64,000 bases of DNA from Tubulanus polymorphus (taxonomy: Eukaryota > Animalia > Nemertea). The notes under the pieces were generated by a model. That model saw nothing but the letters and a program-made list of their open reading frames with translations. It made no database searches and was not told where the DNA came from. The stretch lies in assembly GCF_964204645.1 (NCBI RefSeq), contig NC_134025.1:10912001-10976000 (forward strand). Direction: 5' to 3'. How positions within the stretch are numbered: the first letter of the stretch is position 1; each line of letters begins with the position of its first letter. Below are positions 12,401 through 24,000 of the stretch, one piece after another. The position numbers were made by a program, and so were the translations under genes.

Positions 12401-15400
12401 TTTTGTTCCGTTGACGAACTGATGGATTTCAGCTGGACTGATGTTCGTGCTGTTCAGGTAACTTCCAACGGCACGCACGGCAAGAGCGTTGTAGTTGCAT
12501 CGCTGTGCAATGGCTGAACATATTTGTGCATCCAATGTTTTCTGGAATTTAATCAGAGAATAAATAACGTTTGAATAATTGGGTCCAGAAGAACCTGCTT
12601 AAAATGATATGCTATGCAGTTTGTTTATTTGTACAAGCTCCCTAAAATGCCCAATGCAGGTTTTCATTTGAAATCATTTGAAAAATCAAGATATTAAACA
12701 CATGGACTTCTAACTACTGGTGAAGCTGCAGTTTGATGGATTACATATGGATACAAACTGGTGTCTTAAGGGGTGAGATTATACCTACGTACATAAGTAG
12801 GAAGGGCATTGACCTGATGGATACTAACTTTAAATTTACAATTTTATAAAATCAGAAAATACTTAGATATCATTCTATTCAAAGACTTCTCGGGATGCCT
12901 TTCCTGCATCCCTTCCATAGAATTGGCTCATTACAGGCCTGGTGGTTTGACTTACAACATGCTTTGGGGTCATTCGTTTCAGAAGGTCAGTACAATCCAC
13001 CAGTGATAACGGTTTTAAGTGGAAGGTCGGTATGCTATCTTCCATACCATACACCATGATATCATCATTCTGCTTCCAAGGATCCATAAGCGATGTCATA
13101 ATTATTTTGACCTTAAAAATACGAACACAGAAATAAGATCTGAGAATTCGATCCAGTGAAAATCATTATCTAATTCAATGGGTTACTTCATTTTCGTGTC
13201 ATCATAAAATGGAATCGATGCATGTAGTTAATATTTATGAAAATTTCAGGCGAATGTCCAGTAATGAACAGATGAAACTACGCTCATAGAATTATTTCTA
13301 CATAAAAAGAATAAGACTGCAAGCATACCTTGCCATTTTCTATAGCCGTGATATCCGACAACATCTGAATGAATACTTTAGCTTCCTGTTGACTGGAATG
13401 GGTGTCGATCAGAAACTCGACCGAGTCAAGAAATATTGTCAAATCTAAAATTGAACAGTACATACATCCATGAATTCCCGACTGATACTTGTGTACTGTA
13501 TATTACGGAAAAATGCTGTAAACTCGACTCATGTCGAGTCGCTTTACTTCAAGAACTCAAATCTTAGGACCATTGCAATAAAATATCAATTAAATGATAA
13601 AATTGCCTTGTCAAAACTAGTCCCACTTGATCTTAGTCAACTGGGCCGATATAAAACAGAAAATTCCAGTAAAATTCGTGTTATTCACGGTTAGCGGTAA
13701 AAATCCCCTTGGTAAAAATCCCCCCTCGGTAAATATCCCCAATTCTTCAAAGTAGGTTAAAATCCCCCTCCTTCTGAATGTAGTGTAAGTAGATACAATC
13801 TTAAGGTCAATCAATTCATAATATTGATACATATATCCAATTTATTATTGTGGAACATCATAAGGATATCATGAGTATACAAACTTTAGTATATACTATT
13901 TGAATTAAACATACTACAAATTAACAGTTCATTAATACTAAATTAGTACTTAAAGTTATCAAAAAGCTTAATGAAAAGGTTCATCGCACATTTCAAATAT
14001 ATTACACTAGCTTGAATCTAAAATATCTAGAATTAAAAGTTCATTATCGCTTATAACTCATGGCATTGCACTGCCCAAATATACCACAAGTCAACAAGAG
14101 ACTGTTCAAAAATATTCCAGTTCGAATTTTAAGATATTATAAGTAAAAAGTTCATTATTCTTATTAATTCTAATAATTTATTTTATTCTTAAAGTTTACT
14201 TAAAGAATTTATCCCAACGATAGATTTCAGTGTGCAGTTCAAACAGATTTCAGTCTCATTGCAAATGAACAAAATTGGAGAAACGTTTTGCTTTGAAATG
14301 TTCTTGAAAATCACCGAGTGGGGATTTTTACCTACTTTGAATATTTGGGGATTTTTACCTAGGGGATTTTTACCCAGGGGATATTTATTAACCTAGGGCA
14401 TTTTTACCCAGGGGAGTTTTACCTACAACCGTTATTCACAGCACAGTTGAATATCACTTTTGAGTGGACAATGCCTTCTTAAGTATTTAGAAAACTGCCA
14501 CTTCTTTTCCAAAAGAATTGGAACAATTTAACGAAGCCTTTAAAGCCAAGAGAGTTGGATATAAAATAGCTATACCATCATCCCAATACTGTAGGATACT
14601 TTTCAAATCTGCAGCGCTAGTTTGAGAAGACCACCTCCAGCCCATTGTTAAATAAAGGCGCATCAGGAAGTCCTTCGTCGTCTTTATGCCTCTACAAAAA
14701 CAGAACAGATCATCATTTTCTTTAAACAAACATTTGTTATCAGTAACACAAATGTTTGACCCCAATATCCTAGCATCCATGTAAATGTACCTTGGAGGGA
14801 GGTAAAAAAGTTGCAACAAAATCTTCTATTGTAATTTAAATGAATAATGATAATAATCTTACATAGACGCAAGAATGAGGTATTTTTACAATTAAGAATA
14901 AATATTTAGCAATAGATTAATGAGGGTTCACAATACAAGCCTTGGGGGCTGTGGCCACTGGACCCACGGAGAAATGTGCATAGCGAGTAGAACAATGAAA
15001 AAAATCTACTAAAATGATTAAAATAGAATGCAATTAAATGATTTTATTGAAGCCTTAACTATTGGAATAACCTATAAAATTCCATTTCCAAATAAATCAG
15101 ATAAACCATGGACGTATAAACTAGATTACAAGTATCTAGTTTTATGTCCATGGATAAACCAAATCCACAAAATGCCAGGATATGAAGTTTGCTTTATTGC
15201 AGACAAAGTTTATCCTGTGAGTAAGCAGGAAGTTCTGAGATCTTTCAATTGAAGCAAGCAGGATAATAACCTCATACTAATAAAATGCATATCTACGTGT
15301 CTTCTTGCGCATATGTTTTCCACGATGGTTGTTTTACCGACACCAGCCATCCCATGAATACATATACCTGTGACCGAAACAGAATCATTTCGATAAAACA

Positions 15401-15997
15401 CGTTTAATGTACCAAGAATTTTCGAAGCCAAAATAAGAACCCTCTCAGACCCAGTCTAATGGAGACATTATTACTCAAATCCATTATTTCATAATGCGTA
15501 TTAATCTTTTTGGTCCCAAATGATGAATCGCATCAAAAGTGTGCATCAAAATTATTACTGATATTATTACCGGAAATGTGCTCTACTTGGTTGAAAAGAA
15601 GTTTTTCGATTGCGTCCATATCTTCGCGTCTGCCGACAAAGTTTTCATCCAGTACGGATCCCTCTTCTAACCTCTTTTTGTGAAGCTTTTCTAACTCATT
15701 CTCGTACAATCTCATCCGTTCTGCCAATGACATCGATTGACCATCCACGACCAAATGCAAATTGAGGCCATCTGCTAGATTTTTCAGCAAGGTCACCACC
15801 CCTGGTATTCCATTTTGTTCGAGGAAACATTCGAATACTCGCGTCTTCGCCTCGTTTACGTTGGAATCTTGCGAGGCGACTAGGCTTCGAATTTCATCTG
15901 GTAACCAGCACGAAATCTTGTGGACGATATTCAGCAACATCTCCTTCGTTTTGATGCTCATAAGAAAATCATTTTTCAAAGAATCGAATGGATTCAT
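9415..15997 (-). CDS. NLR/Apaf-1-like STAND protein, paralogue 2 (same architecture), ~1093 aa, 9 coding exons
   Basis: Exons on the minus strand: 15997-15571, 15367-15271, 14691-14576, 13444-13329, 13111-12956, 12541-10984, 10517-10336, 10182-9982, 9843-9415. They total 3282 nt in frame, all introns GT-AG. Motifs: ENFVGR, GMAGVGKT, LTIFLDSVE, KIIMTS, CNYNALAV, FSLHILV and TPR-like repeats. Exons 2, 3, 4 and 7 have the same lengths as in paralogue 1 (97, 116, 116, 182 nt). Confidence 0.88.
13689..14430. mobile_element. Mutator-like non-autonomous element in intron 3 of paralogue 2
   Basis: 9-bp TSD gttattcac at 13680-13688 and 14431-14439. Ends are GGTT...AACC, with inverted subterminal arrays of GGTAAAAATCCCC / GGGGATTTTTACC around an AT-rich core. 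Confidence 0.75.
15107..15152. mobile_element. Ultra-short CATGGA-ended element with 7-bp TSD
   Basis: gataaac|CATGGACGTATAAA...TTTTATGTCCATG|gataaac. Confidence 0.7.
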
Positions 15998-16288
15998 AAT
16001 TTTTAATGTTTGGTTCCAAGTTTCAAAACGAGGCTTAAGCACTGGGTAGTTAAGTTACAGTTTAAGTTCACTGCAGGTTCAGAGTCTGACAGACTCGTTG
16101 TCGATATTGGCATCTGAATAGAAAAACAAAATATCCATTTACTTGAACTCACAATAAGTAATCGGGTCCGGGCAACCATACAATATTGTATTCTCAGATT
16201 CCGTTGGAGTGTCACTAAACTTAATACCATACACGTACGTACGTAGTGATCACACGCAACTGCGTGATGATTCATCATACACGATAGC

Positions 16289-16298
16289 GGGTTTTCCC
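16289..16298. promoter_or_regulatory. NF-kB (kB) site upstream of NLR-like paralogue 2
   Basis: GGGTTTTCCC (reverse complement GGGAAAACCC) lies 292 bp upstream of the ATG, in an equivalent position to the site in paralogue 1. Confidence 0.45.
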
Positions 16299-17842
16299 AA
16301 TGACTTTCTTAAATAGATAAGATTCAAAATATCTTTATTTTTCCGAAACGTAATGACTTACATTATTAGTTTTGCACAATGAAGGATGAAATATAAAAGG
16401 TATAAAATATAAGAAATTTCTTTATCAGTATTGACATTATTTTACATTATCTTACATGAGTGGTATACGTATCGGACATAGTTTAGTTACAGTCGAAGTT
16501 TTGTTTCTTTACAATGGATTTCTTTTGCTTAGCCAAATATATCTACCAAGGTTGTGGGCCACCAGGGGTGACGTGTTGTATCTGTTTTCAGGGGTTGCAT
16601 ATTTTTGTTCAGGAAAATGAGGGGCGAAATATTCAATTAGTTCGCCTCTGTAATGATCAAATTTGGTGCGTTACATAACAGGACACCCTCCCTCATGACG
16701 TGACTGCGGCCGTTAATCGAAGTATTTTTAATTCACTGCTATTCATCAATTTCACTGTTTATCAAAAAGTCAAAGGTCTGGATTGTTAAATAATAACATG
16801 CTATTTTAGATTTCAATATATTTGCATATTTAGCCAATCGGCGCGCATTAAAAATATTTAGCCTGGGCGCAAACTGGCGGAGGCTTCCACACTTGAGAGA
16901 GGTCAGATATTCAGACGCGGAGAAAATAGGCCGTTCAAATATTTCCCCAATCGTCGATTCTTTTCAGTTTACAAGTCCTACCTAAAGGCCTACCAACCAA
17001 TGCTTGCTTCCGATGGGCCTGTTAGATATCTGTTCATTGATCACAGGTGCGTCAACATGTATCAAATATGTATGACATGTACTATGTTACATGATAACTA
17101 GGGGTCAAGGGAAACCAAGCCCATTTGGGATGTGGTTTCGCTTAACCATCTAACAGTTCAACCAATGACCTCGAAACTCACCACAATCATACGTAGAACA
17201 TGTCATGGACTACAACTTTGTTATCGATTGCGGTTACAAAATACTATGTGGCAATAGAAATAGACAAATTGTATATTATTCAATATTTATCTCCCCCTGG
17301 TGGCAAGAACAGAGAATCGGATGATCCCAATTCCACGCGAGAAGATGTATCCAATGCCATTGCTAATAAAAGTCAAATATCAAGACAAAAAGTTAATACC
17401 TGTTGATATTTTCCTCAAAAAACCCTTTTCCACCTACGAGTACTGATGACACTAAGTTGGGCCCACCAATTGCGTGATAATTGGCTCATTGAAATACCTG
17501 CCTTGATGTATAAAAGAATTTATTCCATAGAATACCCATCACAAATTTCAATGAAAATGGCAAACCATTGACAGCTACGTCTCGGAATTACATTTTTGAG
17601 TTCCAAAAACAGGTCACAGGACGGCCATCCTAAGTCCTATTGACCCAATTTTTCTCAGGCTGATGGGCCCTGGGGAGATACAAATATCCCGGACAATTAA
17701 TATACAGGTATGTAAAAGATCAAGATAATTAATTGAAGAGTCTTCAAAATTTCCCTCGAAAACTTCAAAAATGAGTATGAATTTCAGCGAACAATAATGA
17801 CCACCTTGATTCTGATCAGGCTAGTTTTTGGGTTGATGTATC

Positions 17843-18095
17843 TAGGGCCCTATCTCGAGGGGGTTCTAGATTGTATAAGGCACTCGCTCTTATGGGGGAG
17901 GGCACTTTCTATGTCAAATTACGGCAAAAAAGGCACTTTACATCAAAGGACTACATCATTATGGTTTTTCAGGGGCCCTCCCTCGCCAAATCAGCCCAAA
18001 CGAGGGCACTTTTACTGGATTAGGGGGTATCTCCAGGGGCACACACAAAGCTCGACAGTATTCCAGAACCCTCGCATCCCCCGGATCCGCCCCCG
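17843..18095. mobile_element. hAT-like MITE (degenerate)
   Basis: Ends resemble CAGGGGCGGATCC...GGATCCGCCCC. A related element is at 41540-41784. Confidence 0.45.
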
Positions 18096-18542
18096 CCTTG
18101 GGCAGGGACATGTATAAACCAAATATCAAGACAATCCATGCGTCTTCAAAACTTTCCACATTAACTGGATTCCGTGTCGACGGAGGGACGATAGCCCACT
18201 GGGCTAAAAACCACTCGCAGTGAAAAAAACTGCTATTTGTCGCTAATCTTGAGAATTGCATAAATGCGGCTCATTAATCGAGGTTATCGACTTAGCGCAA
18301 AACTTTCGTCGGAAGATTTAAAGGAACGCTAGTTTAAGACGAAAATGCTTGTTTGATTGAAAGTAAATTTCTGTCAGCAGTTTTCACGACAGCTAAGCGA
18401 AATTTTGCCGATGGCATTTAATTTGTGTACAAAGTTTGCGGGGCTTCGTTGCCTTCCGCTAAAAACTTTCTTTGATTCTGTCTTTTATAGTGAAAATATA
18501 GAGGTGTTGCAAATGCAGCAATCGCAATGATTTAAGTCTGAA

Positions 18543-18604
18543 CATGGACGTATAATTATACTAGTTTACCAAAAGCACCAAACTAATAAAAATATACGTC
18601 CATG
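18543..18604. mobile_element. Ultra-short CATGGA-ended element with 7-bp TSD
   Basis: gtctgaa|CATGGACGTATA...TATACGTCCATG|gtctgaa; 12-bp perfect TIR. Confidence 0.72.
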
Positions 18605-19234
18605 GTCTGAATGACGTTTGCCGCCGCGGCAATCAAATATTGCTACCAACGCGCCTGATGCTTCGCAGAGTGACCGATGCAGCTTGTTCATATCATCATA
18701 GTATATTAACCTTAATTGCAAATCATCACGTGGAACATCGTGTCAGTGGTTTATTTTCACGATCGGATATTTTCAAACTACATCAATATTAAAGCTACGC
18801 GGTACCACCAACGAGCCGGAAAACGATTGTTATCCATGCCTACCTTGGCATCCTTTGATTAAAAATTGCTAAACCGACGAGAAAAAATAGGTTTTTCTCA
18901 GAATTTAGGTAAATTTAACTGAATAATCTAGAATTGTATTTTCCGATTTAGCATTTTTTATTCTGTGTTTTTCGAATACCGGTACCAGTAATATGCAGTG
19001 TCGGAGCACAATTGCAATTTGGCGAACCACGGTGAGTGACAACTGAGCCCGTTTAAACAAGCCAGCCACACAGGACTGGTTGAAGCATAACTGAACCCTA
19101 AACACTATACCGGTAATTCAAGTTTCCAAAAGGATAAGGCGCTACTCCTCAATTGATTCAATTTCTTCGATCATTCAGTTTAGTTGTAATTAAATTTTTG
19201 TGAAACAGTTTCTCAAACTGAACCGGTTGAAAAA

Positions 19235-19300
19235 GCCGCCATTTTGAAATGACACTCGGAATCAACCCTCTCGGAATCGAAGATTAGTCCTGTCAGTGAG
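19235..19300 (+). promoter_or_regulatory. Probable promoter / non-coding first exon of the ankyrin gene
   Basis: YY1-type motif GCCGCCATTTTG at 19235-19246, followed by a donor-like CA|gtgagt near 19295. An acceptor-like tttctacagcag lies just upstream of the ATG at 21091. Confidence 0.35.
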
Positions 19301-19760
19301 TTGATTGTCAGTCCCCTGCTGGCATGACAATAATAATGCAAAGCAACATATACTCAACAAATGAATGAATGTTTATTTCGGACCCTTCAGTATCAAGGCA
19401 TTAAATTAAATCCCATCTACCTACGAGGCTACGTTGTAAGTAATACATATCAATTAAATTCAATAAAGATTTATTGCTTCCGAGTAATTACAAATTACGG
19501 ATAAGATTTATCCTACCATATTCCCTATCCGCATTTTAGCTGAAAGGATCAATCCAATCCAATTATATGTTACGTAGGGTTCGTATAAGAACGAAAAGAA
19601 AAAAGGCCCAAAAACAGAATAACTGTTGGTCCCATACGTTTCAATTCAAGGAACTATCACTATCTATCAGCTTATTTTGGGCCTGGTTCTGGTTGGGTAC
19701 ACAGTGGTGGATCTAAAGGGGGTAAATCTTCCTACATCACATGACCATGTGCAATCTAGG

Positions 19761-20308
19761 CTAATGTCTATTTATTAATTGATGAGACCTGTTTTTCTGG
19801 GATATTTTGCTTACTTTTTGGGGTACATACCTCATTTATGTCTTAACAGAATGCCAAAAATCGCGGACAACAACTGAATATCCGATATATTTCCAGTTCT
19901 GTACCAATTAGATGGATTGGCAAAAAGACTCCTTAAGTCCAATTGAATGAGAGAGAAAATCCTCCATTTTGTCAAATTTCTTGGATTTGAACATTGTTAC
20001 CATGCCTACGCCACCCTGATTTAGTTGTTGAGACCCCACAAGAAAAATAACTTCATTTCGTAGGCATGGTGACAATGTAAAAATTCAAGAAATTTCACAA
20101 AATGGAGGATTTTCTCTCTCATTCAATTGGACTTAAGGAGTCTTTTTGCCAATGCATCTAATTGGTACAGAACTGGAAATATATCGGATATTCAGTTGTT
20201 GTCCGCGATTTTTGGCATTCTGTTAAGACATAAATGAGGTATGTACCCCAAAAAGTAAGCAAAATATCCCAGAAAAACAGGTCTCATCCATTAATAAATA
20301 GACATTAG
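19761..20308. repeat. Long near-perfect inverted repeat (foldback element), ~250-bp arms and ~48-bp spacer
   Basis: 19761-20010 is the reverse complement of 20059-20308 with few mismatches (ctaatgtctatttattaa...catgcctacg / cgtaggcatg...ttaataaatagacattag). Confidence 0.92.
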
Positions 20309-21090
20309 TATAGTAGGCCTGTGTTATGTTACCAAAAGTGAGTTTTTTAGATTAAAAATGTGTCGAATGTTTTGTATTGATGCAAGTCCTTGGGTAAAGC
20401 CCGTAGTAGTCATATAATCTGAATACCAGTTGTTGTTATGGTTCCCTTACAACCGTTGTTTGAGGAACAACGGCTAGTAGGTACTAGACTAGTAGTCGTA
20501 GAATAAACCATTGTCTTTATGTCATCTGTTTTTATATCCATTGTAGCCTACACTGTATTGAAGGATTGCCGAAAAGTCTTTAATTCTCTTATGTAAAATA
20601 GAGAAAAGATCAGCCATTTTTTTAATTTCTAACAATATGTTGCTTAGTTACCTAATCGTCGGTGGTCCTAAGCTTTTTTGTGTTTTGGGAAAATATCCGA
20701 TCGTGAAACTAAACCACAGACAGGTAGACTATATGTTTCTCTGATTCAAATTATTAAAGAAGACTCTAGCAATCCCTCAATACAGTGTCAAAGTTGATTT
20801 AAAAAAAACAACGGTTTATTCAGACCGCACAGTTTTCACTGGTCGTCTAAGACCAATTTGAGGTAGCATTGTGCAAAAGAAAAAGCGAAATATTAAAGAA
20901 AAATCGATTCCAGAACAAAATAATTGACCTCAAACATGCCTGACAGCAGACAGGTTGTTGAAGAAGTTTATAAAATGAGGCTAGCCTCAGTTGATAAAAA
21001 TTGACTAAATTTGAAAATTTTCCTCTTACTAAACTTTTTGTATGGTCTATTCAATGGTCATGTATATTTCTACAGCAGGTATTGGTCAAT

Positions 21091-24000
21091 ATGGCTGGAA
21101 TACACGTTTTCAATGTTGAATTTGGTTTCAATGCAACTCCTTTAACTGTTGCACTAGAAGAGGGAAACGTAATTCAAGCGGAGAGACTGATAAAGCAATG
21201 CACCACACCGTCGTACCTGGACGAAGGTAGGTTGCGATGTGTAGTAAATGAAAACTTTCGGTTTAGTTAAGGTCACAGAAAGGCAATTCCAAGCAACTTA
21301 TAGTTTTTAGTCCTAACCTGGTTCCACATGAAAAATGAAACAAAAAGTCATGGCTCTTGCATAACCTCAAAAAATGATTGCAGACAAAATAAATAGACTT
21401 GGTCAATTCTAGTAATTCATCTGGTATTCAGACCACTTAGGATTTGAACTTGCTAAACTCTTGTAGTTCTTCCTTTCTCTATGGTCAAGCTATAGCACTT
21501 AGTTGTCAGCATGGTTTATAGTGAATAGTGGATGCCATGAAGTCTGTCCCTTATTTTTGCCCCGATGATGATGTCAATGTAAAGACTGATTAAGCGTGGT
21601 AATAACCCTCCAAAATATTTCTTCGAAGAAAAATCGTTAGCGACTATCATGATTGCAGGATTCTTATTTTCAATGAAGTAACCATCAGGCTTGGCATAAA
21701 ATTTCAGGTTGTTACCAAAGAATCCCATTGTTCATAGTTTTATGTGGTGAAAATGAGATGTTCGAAGCGAAGACTCGCGACTTCTACTTGGCCAAGTTAT
21801 TACTACAGTATGGAGCCAATCCAAATTATCGAATTCCAGAGGTAACATATGCGTCCTGCCAATTCTAGGATTTCATCAATTATGGCATGCCATTTGCCTA
21901 GGATCTATACAGTCAACTCCTTGGTTCTCCACCTTTTGTTTATCTGCCACTCTCGGCTACTGCCAAGTAAATGCTTAGTCCCGAATTGATTAATGCTTTC
22001 AGCTTCCAATTTGGAACAAATATTATAGTAATAGTTCGATTAAACACCATCAAAAATGTTTAAAACTTGTAGTGAAGTACAAATTTATTTATCAGCAACA
22101 ATTGGTATTACACTGAAACTGTTGTTTGTAAATCATCTCCAGATACTATCTATACATCACCCATGTAAACATCTATGTTAGATAGACTACAGGGACGACT
22201 ATTATCAAACCGGTATCAGAGTACAATTGATGTTCTCACTAACTCTTCACAACAGTTCTAAAAGCGTGTAGGTCAATGGGTCTTTGAAACCCGATTGTCA
22301 CCTGTGGTTGCAGAGAATTGTGTCAAAACATGAGGCTAGAAGTTGCAATTCTTGTAAAGCGTCTCAGAGGGTCATTCTCGACTGTGCACTCGCGTCAACG
22401 AAAAGCTATTTGAAAAGAAATGCCTTTCTTATTTTAGACCGATTCGTCAGAATATGTCAGCAGAGGAAAAGCACCATTGGAACTGATGGTCGACTTTTAT
22501 ATAGAATTAATCACTCGCGAGGAAACAAAAAATTACAAGTATGTCCCCATCACATGAATCTGACGTTCAATAAGCTTTGACAGTTTTGGAATGTATTTAA
22601 GGCTTAGGCCTGTATAAATCCATAAAAACAAAAACAGTACACAATTTATCTTGGATTATTCTTTTAGATGAATTGATTTTATGTTTCAGACCTTTTCAGA
22701 AAGTTGTCGGTCTAGAAAATAGCCAATTGTCAAAGACAAGGGATATTCTTCAAGAAATCCTTGAGATGATATCTGTGCTGTTAGGTAAGTAATTAAGCTA
22801 AGCGAGTTTGTTTTTTAATGGTCCTGTACTTAGATAGTCTAATCGGCGATTCCTATTTTTGGTTAGAATTTTGAGTACGTGTTTGAAAATGAGCTATTTA
22901 TTGCAGCTAATTACATTTTCTTCATAAGATAAAAACCCACTATTTAAAAATTAAAAGAAGTCTAAAATCGAGAATTTATTTATTGAAACAATCTAAAATA
23001 TAAGAACACAACGTTTTGATCTCACACTAGAGATCATCGTCAGGTGTGTAAAATAGTGGGTTAAAATAGTGGGTTTTTATCTTATCATCTGGTCACCACG
23101 TTTGAGTGTGGTTATCGTACCATTACATTATCTTCAATTCTATTTAGCGTTTGGTGCAGACGTCAACGTTACTAACGACGATCAAGAAACACCTCTATTA
23201 CGAATTCTTCAACACAGTTGCTCCGATTTGGAGCTTGTGTCGCTGCTGTGCGAGAATGGGGCGAATCCGAATGCGATCGGTACTATGTATAGCTATTCAT
23301 CTGTATTTTGTCTGTGTACGTGCCCTAGTCACGTGTCGTTCAAAGACCTTGCTCGGTCTATGTCTAGTCACACTTGTCACCGCGATCAGCAGTTCGCTAT
23401 TCTTAAGACACACGATGTGGATGTAAGTACGAGTTGACTAATAAACTGTTGATTTATTTGGAACCCTTGTGTACTGCACAAGTGCACCTTTTTCATACGG
23501 TGTTTCTATTTCCTAGTTAGAGATAAAGACCAAGGCCGGTCAAACTGTAATATTCCGTGCGCTGCAAGAAGGTCATTTTACAGTGAGTCGGCTTTTGCTT
23601 CAAAATGGTGCTAGCGTTGGTGAACCCAATATCATGCTTGGACTGAGAAATCAACGAGAGCGGCACAGGTAATTGTCACTTCGTCAAGAGCTACCAAACA
23701 GTCTTGATTGTCAGGGACCATCCCTGAAATTTGTTAGCTGTCCCCTTGGTTATCAATATGGAATTGGAAAGATGTGAAAGTCTTGTATTTGTGTCCGTAG
23801 TATGGTAGATTTCATGGCTTGTTTTTAGCGTCTTCCATAGCATCTTGATTCATAAATGTGCTGCTCCTTCGGCCATTCCTAGAATATCTATGCATCCAAT
23901 GCATAAATACTGCGGTTTGTATGTTAACCGGTAGTATTGCTATACATGTATTTGTAAAAAGGACACAATGATTATCGAGAAAATTCAAAGGTAATTTCAC

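Noticed and set aside
13694-14420. Cluster of kB-like GGGGATTTTT words
   Set aside because: These are subterminal repeats of the Mutator-like element and do not fit the full kB consensus.
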